Shown here: one piece after another, positions 1-13,091 of the stretch
Layout of the letters: each line of letters starts with the position of its first letter
Position numbering within the stretch: the first letter of the stretch is position 1
Virus record (IMG/VR): IMGVR_UViG_3300032516_000004
Location: 96,001 to 160,000 of that record
DNA: 64,000 bases
Strand: one strand, 5' to 3'
From: a virus
Notes under the pieces: generated by a model
Databases searched by the model: none
The model's input: only the letters and a program-made list of their open reading frames with translations
What the model was told of the DNA's origin: nothing
Translations under genes and position numbers: made by a program

Positions 1-2
1 GA

Positions 3-833
3 AGACATTCAGATGATCAGGGAGTTAATCCTGTAGTGTTATTAGATGCGGACCGTGAATTCACCAGGCCATTTAATGGGTGGGTGATGCCTACTAGTAT
101 GTATACTACCAAGGCATTGATGTCTGGCCGATTAATGCAGCAGGGCACCATATTAGCTCGAGGTCGTGAGCGCCAGGGAAATTTAGCGGGGTGTTCTAGT
201 CGCACGATGATCCGGCGCACTGAAGACGCCGATGTGGTGGTTCAACCAAGATACATACGTCTAGACCCAAACAAGATGCTGGTTGAGGCCACCTGTACAA
301 CCACAGATGCTATTGACGCTTTTACGGCAGCGGAAGATATGTATAGATCAAAGGGGGGTCAACTCCCCGGCTGCAAATTCTTGCATAAGAAATATATTTC
401 TTCTGCTCATAGAACATGTTTGGTAATTCAAATTGCCAATGCCTATTGTAGTAAATCAGATGTAAAAGAGGTTCCAGCGAAGCACAAACGCCATAGTTGG
501 ATACGCAAGTCGAGTGATCCCCACCCTCGCCGTCCAATCGAGAAGGCCGGGGATTCTCTTCGGCAACTGCCGAACTCGTATACTACGTGGAAGACTGGCG
601 CATTTGTGAAATCGGTGGATTGGGGTGACATTCATGTGCCAGAAAATGTCCTACAATCAATGATGCGGTATTTACAGGACATCACACATGATCCGGACTG
701 TGCCGAATTGATCATGTTGAAAACTGGTGCAACAGCCATAAAATCTGTCTATATGGCAGAACCTCGTGGTTGGAAAACTAGAACTTACGGTGTCACCCCC
801 TGCTTGACCGGTCGGGAAATCTATTTTTCTTGA
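3..833 (+). CDS. Hypothetical protein, 5'-truncated by the window edge
   Basis: The frame of the 36..833 ORF is open back to position 3. No motif recognised. Confidence 0.6.
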   Translation, partial: RHSDDQGVNPVVLLDADREFTRPFNGWVMPTSMYTTKALMSGRLMQQGTILARGRERQGNLAGCSSRTMIRRTEDADVVVQPRYIRLDPNKMLVEATCTTTDAIDAFTAAEDMYRSKGGQLPGCKFLHKKYISSAHRTCLVIQIANAYCSKSDVKEVPAKHKRHSWIRKSSDPHPRRPIEKAGDSLRQLPNSYTTWKTGAFVKSVDWGDIHVPENVLQSMMRYLQDITHDPDCAELIMLKTGATAIKSVYMAEPRGWKTRTYGVTPCLTGREIYFS

Positions 834-903
834 TCTGTTGGGAAAATGAACGTAATGAGATTGGGCGGTTTAAAATGAAGGTATGACATTAAATGATATA
901 GAA

Positions 904-1191
904 TTAAGATCTTTCTTCCTTTTTCTCCATTCTTCGTAGTCGTCTTTTCATGTTATGTAAATATTTAATACAGGCTTTACATTGTTTAACTTGACTTGCA
1001 TCTTGAATATTAATAATTCTAGTTTTTCTACACGTCGTGATAGCGCCGTCTGTTGCGCATTTAATTACACAGATTACACCCTTACTTATTAGGATATCAT
1101 CTTTCCCACATAAAATTTTAGTGCCAGGCGGGATTTTCTCTATTGATCCGGGCACTATATATGGATATTTGGTGTAGATGTTGTTATACAT
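904..1191 (-). CDS. Small Cys-rich (Zn-ribbon-like) protein, paralogue of the neighbouring gene
   Basis: KYPYIVPGSIEKI...IKC...CRKTRIINIQDASQVKQCKAC; overlaps the 1184..1705 ORF. Confidence 0.6.
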   Translation of the reverse strand: MYNNIYTKYPYIVPGSIEKIPPGTKILCGKDDILISKGVICVIKCATDGAITTCRKTRIINIQDASQVKQCKACIKYLHNMKRRLRRMEKKEERS

Positions 1192-1705
1192 TTTTCTTAT
1201 GTTTTAGAAATGTTTTTAAGTATTCTCGCTTTTTTGCTTTCCTACATTCTTCACAGAATTTTACAGACCATGCATCCTGAATTTTTATGTCTCGAGTGTT
1301 TTTACACTTTGGTGTTTGACATTTAATTTTACATCTAGTGGCACTCGCTGTACTAGTCTTTATTGTTTTTACTCGTGTTTTCCCGTCTACTTTAAATACC
1401 TTTTCTTTTACACTTTTATTGGTGCTTTGAACTTTATAAATAGATCCAGGAATAACGTGTTTATATTTTTTGTATAAGTCGAAGTATTCATTTTTTTCTT
1501 CACTATTGATTATTTGTAGGGCTGTTCCAATAGGAGTGTTTGGTTCGTGGGTTTCTTTTAGATACTTTACTTCTTCAGCATGTAATTTTACCTTGTTTCC
1601 TGTATAGTGGCTAGTTACTGTAACGGATCCGTCTTGATGTAATAGCTCGGCACGGCACAAGTGCCCCCTTTTAGAATGATACCATTTTCCTACATCGATT
1701 GACAT
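1184..1705 (-). CDS. Cys-rich (Zn-ribbon-like) protein
   Basis: KYKHVIPGSIYKV...IKCQTPKCKNTRDIKIQDAWSVKFCEEC; GGAGG SD upstream on the minus strand. Confidence 0.7.
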   Translation of the reverse strand: MSIDVGKWYHSKRGHLCRAELLHQDGSVTVTSHYTGNKVKLHAEEVKYLKETHEPNTPIGTALQIINSEEKNEYFDLYKKYKHVIPGSIYKVQSTNKSVKEKVFKVDGKTRVKTIKTSTASATRCKIKCQTPKCKNTRDIKIQDAWSVKFCEECRKAKKREYLKTFLKHKKNV

Positions 1706-1772
1706 ATACTACCTCCTACAATAGTAAATGTGCATGATACGTGCCATCATAAATATAGTCATCAGAGGTTTC

Positions 1773-1781
1773 TGGTATAAT
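1773..1781 (+). promoter_or_regulatory. Candidate extended -10 promoter (TGgTATAAT) in the divergent intergenic region
   Basis: Perfect TGn-TATAAT upstream of the + strand block; no good -35. Confidence 0.4.
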
Positions 1782-1828
1782 ATTGTTTGGCATGGGACCT
1801 GCAACGATCAATTGGTAGGAGGTGCGCT

Positions 1829-2098
1829 ATGTTGATTGTAGGTTCTTTGCTAATGTTTGGTATTGGCTGGTGGATGCATGGTTTATATGGGGATAATAGA
1901 TGTAGAGCTTATAAGAAGAGGATGAAGGAAGTTTTAACCTTTAGTGACACGATGAGAGACATGAATGAAATTTTAACTAAGAAATTGAAGAGGTTGGAAG
2001 GTATGGGGCATGTGGAAGATGAAAATAGCCTTGAATGTAAAATTGATAACGGAATATTGAACGCAATTGTGAATATGCAATCGCGTTCGGTACACTAG
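1829..2098 (+). CDS. Membrane-anchored hypothetical protein
   Basis: AGGAGG SD at 1817-1822 before ATG 1829; N-terminal hydrophobic segment then a coiled region. Confidence 0.65.
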   Translation: MLIVGSLLMFGIGWWMHGLYGDNRCRAYKKRMKEVLTFSDTMRDMNEILTKKLKRLEGMGHVEDENSLECKIDNGILNAIVNMQSRSVH

Positions 2099-2115
2099 AC
2101 AAAATAGGCCCATTT

Positions 2116-2514
2116 ATGTTAGTAATGCGTTTTCCACATTTTCCGAAAGTAACCATGCGAGCGTTATGTGCTTCTGGAATGAATCGTAATGAGGTTAACA
2201 ACCTGATTTATATGTTTTTGAGATATGGATTTAAGTTTGATGGGGAGTATCACGCTGAGCCAGAGAATCGAGAGATTGCGGAAATTATGACTACGGTTGG
2301 TGAGCCAGCTTCCAGATTGAAATTAATTGATGAAACGGTTAAATTTGTAATTAATAATCATGGATTAGAATATTTAGAAAAGTATAATACCAATTTGAGT
2401 GAAGTTATTACCAAATTGGGGACAATCTATAACGAGTTTTTGATGTTACCATACAATTTACGTAATGATTTGGGAGAGGATGTTGATGCAAATGATTTTC
2501 TTGATAAAAATTAA
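2116..2514 (+). CDS. Hypothetical protein
   Basis: 132-aa ORF in the operon. Confidence 0.6.
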   Translation: MLVMRFPHFPKVTMRALCASGMNRNEVNNLIYMFLRYGFKFDGEYHAEPENREIAEIMTTVGEPASRLKLIDETVKFVINNHGLEYLEKYNTNLSEVITKLGTIYNEFLMLPYNLRNDLGEDVDANDFLDKN

Positions 2515-2520
2515 GAGTGG

Positions 2521-3498
2521 GTGCCAGGCAGGCGCGCACCTGGATACGCTTGGTCCTCCGAACAAGTGTTCCTGGCACCCCTATTTATGCAATCGGAGAA
2601 CAACATGCTTTCGGAGGATAAAATGTGGGTTGACAATGCGATAGCTAATGAACTTTTATTGGCGGCACGTAAGGGTAAACGTATTCAAGATTTTATGGAT
2701 GCTGTCTCCGGGATTGAAGGATATAAGTTAGATAATCATGATCGTCAGGGCCATATTCGAAGTAGTTTTGCTAAAGAGTTAATTTCAGAACAATTTCTGC
2801 TTTATTTTGATGACATTATTGCAATGTTTTGGTGGGGTGTATTTGAGCAGTTAGATAAAGCTAAGTTGTACGGTGAGATTGTTGAGATAAAAGCCCCCGG
2901 TCTAAAGAGAGAATATAGGCCGACAAGTAATAACCCAATCCATTTTCTTAGATATCATGGGAAGATGGCGGTCAGAAATTACATCACATCATTATATCGA
3001 AAGAATTTGGAGTATGGATGTCCGACATGTGGACGACGCGCCTCCGTAAAGAATAATAAGGTTTGTACAAAATGTGGCGACATCATGATTACTGTTTATA
3101 AATATGTTGAAGAAGATGGGTCAATTGCTGCTGAAGATCAATATTCAAAATTAGATGATTTTGACATGTTTACTAAAGCTCGTAAATTATTGTTTGAATT
3201 TGCAGAAACTGTTCTTGGCAGTGGCACTAGAGCATATCAAATAATGCAGATTCTAATAAATCCAGATGCGTCCAAGGAAATGTGTGCGTCATGTAATTTA
3301 TGTGATTGCACAACTTTTGACATTAACATATGCACAAACTATAATGCTAACATCGGTAAATATCTAAATATCAACAAGACCATGTGTGCGAATAAGATGC
3401 GTAGGATTAGATATGGTTTAATTAAATGGTTAGAGGGGCAAACGTCTGATGAAGCGCAATACCTACTTCAGATAATTCCAGCCAGATTCAAGTGTTAA
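2521..3498 (+). CDS. Sigma-70-like transcription factor with Zn-ribbon insertion (start uncertain, possibly 2587-2626)
   Basis: Region-2-like DDIIAMFWWGVFEQLDK and FLRYHGKMAVRNYI; CPTC..CTKC insert; region-4-like HTH IGKYLNINKTMCANKMRRIR. Confidence 0.45.
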   Translation: MPGRRAPGYAWSSEQVFLAPLFMQSENNMLSEDKMWVDNAIANELLLAARKGKRIQDFMDAVSGIEGYKLDNHDRQGHIRSSFAKELISEQFLLYFDDIIAMFWWGVFEQLDKAKLYGEIVEIKAPGLKREYRPTSNNPIHFLRYHGKMAVRNYITSLYRKNLEYGCPTCGRRASVKNNKVCTKCGDIMITVYKYVEEDGSIAAEDQYSKLDDFDMFTKARKLLFEFAETVLGSGTRAYQIMQILINPDASKEMCASCNLCDCTTFDINICTNYNANIGKYLNINKTMCANKMRRIRYGLIKWLEGQTSDEAQYLLQIIPARFKC

Positions 3499-3516
3499 AA
3501 TAATTGACGGTAGACA

Positions 3517-3846
3517 TTGTTGTATTATATTTTAGGATGTATGAGCAGTCAGTGTAAAGTGGTGTTTGAGCGCGGCAGGTTCTTCATAGAAACAGGAACG
3601 GCTAGGGGGTTTGGGGTATTTTATACCCATAACTATGGAATAGTTAAATATATTCCATTCTTTATGTTAAAGAAAATTGAAAGTTTAATTAATGAAAATA
3701 ATAAGGAGGCTGCTGTTGCTTTGTGGTTTCACGCTTGTGAAATAGCAGATAGAGTTCCCAGGATATTGTTTAAAAGATTAGTGTGTGTTTTTCTTCATGC
3801 TATCGCCATAGCCAGTCTGTGTATCTTCTTTTACTTTCTTCGTTAA
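3517..3846 (+). CDS. Hypothetical protein with C-terminal transmembrane segment
   Basis: Hydrophobic C-terminus LVCVFLHAIAIASLCIFFYFLR. Confidence 0.55.
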   Translation: MLYYILGCMSSQCKVVFERGRFFIETGTARGFGVFYTHNYGIVKYIPFFMLKKIESLINENNKEAAVALWFHACEIADRVPRILFKRLVCVFLHAIAIASLCIFFYFLR

Positions 3847-3859
3847 TTGCCACTCTTAG

Positions 3860-8278
<4,419 letters not shown>

Positions 8279-8288
8279 TAGGTAAAAT

Positions 8289-11162
8289 ATGGCAGATCCT
8301 AATATCTTTGGTAGTGTTATACTTGATTCAGTATCAACTGATCCAAGTTCCTCGGAAGATGGGGAGATGTGGTATAATTCTAGTCAGAGTAGATTTAAGA
8401 GAAAACGTGGTGGTGCCATTAAAGAATCTGCCGACACCGATGATGTTACTGATAGAGCAGTTGCTGTGTCGGGTAATGATACTACACCAGGCAGCATAGA
8501 AGCTAAAGTTGTTGCTGGCACAGCTGTTTCATTAGCTACTTTAAATGAAGGTGCAGACGAGACAAGGCAGATATCTGTTTCATTTGGTGCTACAGGATCT
8601 ACAGCATGTGTAGGTAATGATTCGCGGTTGAGTGATAATCGAACAGACAGCAACGCCATCCATAAGGCAACTTCTGGTGAGATTGCGGGTATGACTGAGA
8701 AAGGCACGCCAGTCGGTGCTGACCTGATTGTCATTGAGGATAGTGCGGCCAGTAACGCCAAGAAAAAGGTTCAGATTAGTAATTTGCCGAGTAGTAGCTC
8801 CGATACGAACGCAATCCATAAAAATGCCGCCAACGAAATCAGTACCATTACTGAGAAGACCACAATGGCAGATGCCGATCTGTTCATTCTTGAGGACAGC
8901 GCGGCAAGTGGGGTTAAGAAAAAAGTCCAGTTTGCCAATCTCAAGGGTACAGCATCGGCGGCGGGCGCTAAGGACAACATACAGTTCCGGGGGAGTCAAG
9001 CAGGGTCATTCGCGTCCGATGACTTATTCAAATGGGATGCTGTTGGCCATTACCTGATTGTCGGACCTACAAACCCAAGTCTAAACGGCATTCTGGAGTA
9101 TCTCGAAAAGAACCTGAATACCTACATCCAGGTTTGCCTCACGAACGTGAGTGGTGCGCCTCAGGCATCTACTGACGTTTGTGTTGGCAATGATCTCAGC
9201 ACAGATTTGAATTATTATGGTGATTTTGGGATCAATAGCTCGGGTAATACAGATCCGGCATATCCTCTCCTGTTGACCAACGACGTCTATCTCTACTGCA
9301 TGGATGGCCAGTTTGTCCTGGGCACGGGAACAGCCAACAAGGACGTGGTATTCCATAGTGGTGGTTTTGCGCTTGCCAACGAGCGACTACGAATCACTGG
9401 TGCTGGTAGCGTTGATATTAGTAGTGCATTCTCACTGAGGGGCGCTATCACTCCAACGTCTATTGGAGCCAACCAAAACAACTACGATCCTACAGGGCTG
9501 TCGACCGCCACATTCTTGCGCCTATCATCCAGCGGCTCATACAACATCACGGGATTGGCGGGTGGTACATCGGGTCGTGTCGTTATTATTCACAACATTG
9601 GGGCCAACAACCTAACCTTGAAGGATGAGAGCGCATCTAGCACGGCAGCAAATAGATTTGCCCTACCAAGCACCGATGATTTTGTGCTTTGGCCTGATCA
9701 GACCGTGATTCTCCACTATGATGCCACAACTACAAGATGGCGTGTCATCGGGTGTTCTCGCACACCCTATGGAAATCAGGCGAACACGATTTGCCAAGGC
9801 AATGATTCTCGATTGTCTGATTCTCGTGCCCCCACAGGTACGGCAAGCGGTGATCTGGCTGATACATACCCTAGTCCTACGGTTGCAAAAGCCAGCAAGT
9901 CATTTGCTTTGACCGGTGGCATTGCTCCTGCTTCCATCGGTGCAGACCAAAACGATTACAGCCCAACAGGCTTGGCCGATGCTACTTCGATTCGTCTGAC
10001 TGCCAGTGGTGCATACAACATCACGGGACTTGCCGGTGGTGTTGGTGGCAGGATGATGATCCTGCACAACGCCAGTGCGTTCAAACTCACGATTGTTAAT
10101 GAAAGTTCTGCCAGTACAGCAGCCAACAGATTCCTGCACACGTCAGCACAGAATCTCGTGCTGAACCCAGACCAGAACTGTGAGTTACAGTATTGTGGCG
10201 TATGCTCTCGCTGGCGAGTTACTGGAGCTTCGCGTGCCCCTTATGGCACAACTGTGGATTCAATTTGCCAGGGTAACGATTCCAGACTTTCAGATGCTCG
10301 TACACCAACTAGCCACGCATCGTCACATAACGCGGGTGGTGGTGATGCACTTGCCATTGACGCAGCGGCAGGTACGGGTTCTCTACGAACGCTCGGTACT
10401 GCGGCAACAGCGGCGTGCGCTGGTAATGATTCGCGGTTGAGCGACTCTCGTACACCTACCAGCCATGCGTCGTCGCATAATGCGGGTGGCGGTGATGCGC
10501 TTGCTATTGACGCGGCGGCAGGCACAGGTTCTCTCAGAACACTTGGTACTGGGGCAACAGCGGCATGTGCTGGTAACGACTCGCGGTTGAGTGATTCTCG
10601 TGCACCCACCAGCCACGCGACCAGTCATAAGAGCGCGGGTGGTGACAGCATCAAATTAGATGAGCTGGCCGCACCTACAGACGTTACAACACTCAATGCC
10701 ACCACAGGACAGCACGGTCTCTTGCCGAAGCTCGGTGGTGGGACAGCCAACTTCCTGCGAGCAGATGGTGCATGGGCTGCACCTTCGAGCAGTGGTGTTG
10801 TCCCCAGTGAAGCTACGGCAACCGGCACAACGACTACGACCTCGGCTACAGACGTGCAGATGGACAGCATGACCCTGACGCCAGGTGCTGGGACGTATCT
10901 GGTGATGTTCAGTACATCGGCCGCACATTCAGACGCGGCGGGCGCACTTTACGTGTCGATCTATGCCAACAGCGTACAAGTCGCGGCATCAGAGCGACGT
11001 AGAACAGCCGCCGATTTGAAACAGATCGGCATGGTGGTGCCGCTAGCAACCCAAGCGGTCGTGACGGTTTCAGCCGCACAAGTCATTGAAGTAAAATGGC
11101 GCACAAGCGTGGCAACCGCCACCGCATACCAACGGACCATGACGTTGCTCAAGATTGGGTAG
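8289..11162 (+). CDS. Tail-fibre/virion structural protein with internal repeated modules
   Basis: Duplicated ~115-aa module (SIGA.QN.Y.PTGL..AT..RL..SG.YNITGLAGG...RWRV.G.SR.PYG), duplicated NAIHK...EDSAAS..KKKVQ module, five GNDSRLSD motifs; Ala/Ser/Thr/Gly rich. Confidence 0.75.
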   Translation: MADPNIFGSVILDSVSTDPSSSEDGEMWYNSSQSRFKRKRGGAIKESADTDDVTDRAVAVSGNDTTPGSIEAKVVAGTAVSLATLNEGADETRQISVSFGATGSTACVGNDSRLSDNRTDSNAIHKATSGEIAGMTEKGTPVGADLIVIEDSAASNAKKKVQISNLPSSSSDTNAIHKNAANEISTITEKTTMADADLFILEDSAASGVKKKVQFANLKGTASAAGAKDNIQFRGSQAGSFASDDLFKWDAVGHYLIVGPTNPSLNGILEYLEKNLNTYIQVCLTNVSGAPQASTDVCVGNDLSTDLNYYGDFGINSSGNTDPAYPLLLTNDVYLYCMDGQFVLGTGTANKDVVFHSGGFALANERLRITGAGSVDISSAFSLRGAITPTSIGANQNNYDPTGLSTATFLRLSSSGSYNITGLAGGTSGRVVIIHNIGANNLTLKDESASSTAANRFALPSTDDFVLWPDQTVILHYDATTTRWRVIGCSRTPYGNQANTICQGNDSRLSDSRAPTGTASGDLADTYPSPTVAKASKSFALTGGIAPASIGADQNDYSPTGLADATSIRLTASGAYNITGLAGGVGGRMMILHNASAFKLTIVNESSASTAANRFLHTSAQNLVLNPDQNCELQYCGVCSRWRVTGASRAPYGTTVDSICQGNDSRLSDARTPTSHASSHNAGGGDALAIDAAAGTGSLRTLGTAATAACAGNDSRLSDSRTPTSHASSHNAGGGDALAIDAAAGTGSLRTLGTGATAACAGNDSRLSDSRAPTSHATSHKSAGGDSIKLDELAAPTDVTTLNATTGQHGLLPKLGGGTANFLRADGAWAAPSSSGVVPSEATATGTTTTTSATDVQMDSMTLTPGAGTYLVMFSTSAAHSDAAGALYVSIYANSVQVAASERRRTAADLKQIGMVVPLATQAVVTVSAAQVIEVKWRTSVATATAYQRTMTLLKIG
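10272..10620 (+). repeat. 150-nt (50-aa) coding tandem repeat, 2 full copies plus a partial third
   Basis: Units start at 10272, 10422 and 10572 (GNDSRLSD.RTPTSHASSHNAGGGDALAIDAAAGTGSLRTLGT.ATAACA). Confidence 0.9.
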
Positions 11163-11172
11163 GAGATTCGAT

Positions 11173-12144
11173 ATGGTGGCCACAAAATACATATACTCGA
11201 TTCAAACAGATTTCCCGAATCACAAGGTCGACAGCACGACGCTGACAACCGAGATCGGACTGTCTGCCATCACGGTCGCGTTGGATCATATTGATACTGC
11301 TGGAGATAACTGCGACATCTGGTTCAAAGCCGCATTGTCCGGTGGCGAAGAGACCATGTTGAATGGAGTTGTGGCCGTGCATCAGGGCATTGCGCCAAGT
11401 CCAGGGATATCCCTGGTTCAGTTGTCTTCTCCGAAGATGACCGACAACAAGCCCTTCTTTACCCCAGACATGTTCCCTGCAGGCACTATCGCGGTGTTTG
11501 CCGATTGCGCCGATAACGCTACAACGGGTGTCCGTTGGGCCGGAGATCGGTTTCAAGTCTCTGCTAATTCCGAAGGTGACACTGTTTTTGAAGCTCAGTT
11601 CATCGATTTATTGTATCTGGTCGGCGGCGATATGGTGCGAAAGAACGGGACTATTGGAGACTACGCAAAACACAAAATCTATTGTCCAGCTACGGCAGGC
11701 ACCGAGAATGTGGGTGCGGGAGATTTCGACAAGTTCCAAGTAGCCACAAGCTGCAATATGTACGTCTACGTCTCGACAGGAGATGGTGACTGGGACTTGA
11801 ACCTGACTGAGAAACTGAACGCCAACGTGAATTTCACCAAGGCTGTTCCAGTGCCATGTGTTCCAGGGACTGGCTGGTTTGATTACAATCCTACGACCGA
11901 CACGCTGGTTGTGAACCCAGACCATGCTGGTAGTTACAATCTGTTCGATTTCGACGTGTATTTGCCGCCACACCTTCCGGTGCTGGGCCTGCTAGGTGAC
12001 GGTACTAGAGACTTGAGGCCATTTGCTGCGAGTCCGAAAGCGTTACTGCCCCATTGGATTCACGAGGTCACTGTTCACCACGGCACCGGCACGCATCAGT
12101 TGGATGTGACGTGGACCCTAATTGTAGGAAGGTATCCATTCTGA
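11173..12144 (+). CDS. Hypothetical, probably virion-associated protein
   Basis: AGGAG SD at 11161-11165, ATG 11173; follows the fibre gene; beta-rich composition. Confidence 0.65.
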   Translation: MVATKYIYSIQTDFPNHKVDSTTLTTEIGLSAITVALDHIDTAGDNCDIWFKAALSGGEETMLNGVVAVHQGIAPSPGISLVQLSSPKMTDNKPFFTPDMFPAGTIAVFADCADNATTGVRWAGDRFQVSANSEGDTVFEAQFIDLLYLVGGDMVRKNGTIGDYAKHKIYCPATAGTENVGAGDFDKFQVATSCNMYVYVSTGDGDWDLNLTEKLNANVNFTKAVPVPCVPGTGWFDYNPTTDTLVVNPDHAGSYNLFDFDVYLPPHLPVLGLLGDGTRDLRPFAASPKALLPHWIHEVTVHHGTGTHQLDVTWTLIVGRYPF

Positions 12145-12449
12145 TGAACCGATTCATAGGCAAGACAGGTTACTCGTTCTTGGATGTGTGGACACTACCG
12201 CATCTGGGGTTCTGGGTGTTTATTGGCTCATCCCTGTGGGCCTTGGGCGCAAATCGTTGGTGGGCGTTGCTGGGTTGTATGGTTGCTGCGTATGGCTGGG
12301 AAGCCTTTGAGCATTTCATCGCGTTCAAGCGCTGGCCAGATCGATGGAAGAAACCCGAGAGCTGGTGGAATAGTTTGATCTCGGACCCGTTGACCACGGT
12401 AACCGGTGTCTTGGGCATCTATTGGCTGCTCGACAAGTTTGCTATATAA
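12144..12449 (+). CDS. Small integral membrane protein
   Basis: TGATG overlap with the upstream gene; 2-3 hydrophobic segments (LPHLGFWVFIGSSLW, WWALLGCMVAAYGWE). Confidence 0.7.
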   Translation: MNRFIGKTGYSFLDVWTLPHLGFWVFIGSSLWALGANRWWALLGCMVAAYGWEAFEHFIAFKRWPDRWKKPESWWNSLISDPLTTVTGVLGIYWLLDKFAI

Positions 12450-12460
12450 AGAGGTGGTAA

Positions 12461-12979
12461 GTGGTTCGGCTAGTTTTTACTGCTACTCATAAGATTATTC
12501 CACGACTGATTCGTGCCATTACTAAAAGTGATGTGAGTCACGGCATGATCCAATTTACGTCTAGTTTATGGCCCGAGGATTTAATTGTTGAAGCCACTTT
12601 TCCAAAAGCACATTTAACACCGGTTCACATAGCTAGACATGATGTGGTTTGTGAATTTACTTGTAATTTTGATACAACCGACTCATTTAAAGTTGTTAAT
12701 AATTTAATTGGACAATGGTTTGATGTTCGTGGGCTATTAATTGTTGGTTGGATTAGAATATTATGGATGTTATTTCGTCGTAGAATTAAAGTATGGCATA
12801 CTAGCACAGGTCAACAATTTTGTACAGAATTGGTGGCACGTTTCGTTATAGCAGGAAAGATTCATGGTACTGGCGCACAATTGCCGGATGTTGAAGCATG
12901 GAATCCAGAACGTATACGGCCAGATCATCTTAAGAAATATTGTTTAGAACACCCTAATTTATTCTCACGCATAACATGA
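12461..12979 (+). CDS. Permuted papain-like (YiiX/NlpC-P60-type) amidase
   Basis: Early His (SDVSHGMI), IVEA motif and late FCTELVA Cys: the order typical of circularly permuted papain-like enzymes. Confidence 0.55.
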   Translation: MVRLVFTATHKIIPRLIRAITKSDVSHGMIQFTSSLWPEDLIVEATFPKAHLTPVHIARHDVVCEFTCNFDTTDSFKVVNNLIGQWFDVRGLLIVGWIRILWMLFRRRIKVWHTSTGQQFCTELVARFVIAGKIHGTGAQLPDVEAWNPERIRPDHLKKYCLEHPNLFSRIT

Positions 12980-13068
12980 CTCGTGATGCTGTTATTGCCG
13001 CTGTTCTCTTATTGTTGTTGGTAGTGGCGGCAATATGGGACATATTATCTCATAATAATAAATCTTAG
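12976..13068 (+). CDS. 30-aa single-pass membrane peptide
   Basis: ATGA overlap; MTRDAVIAAVLLLLLVVAAIWDILSHNNKS. Confidence 0.45.
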   Translation: MTRDAVIAAVLLLLLVVAAIWDILSHNNKS

Positions 13069-13091
13069 TATCTTAAGCAATATACTTAGAT

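Noticed and set aside
8289-11162. Diversity-generating retroelement targeting the fibre repeats
   Set aside because: No reverse transcriptase in the window, and repeat differences are synonymous rather than adenine-specific.
8384-11973. Numerous 60-140 aa minus-strand ORFs in the GC-rich fibre region
   Set aside because: Expected open shadow frames in higher-GC coding DNA; no motifs.
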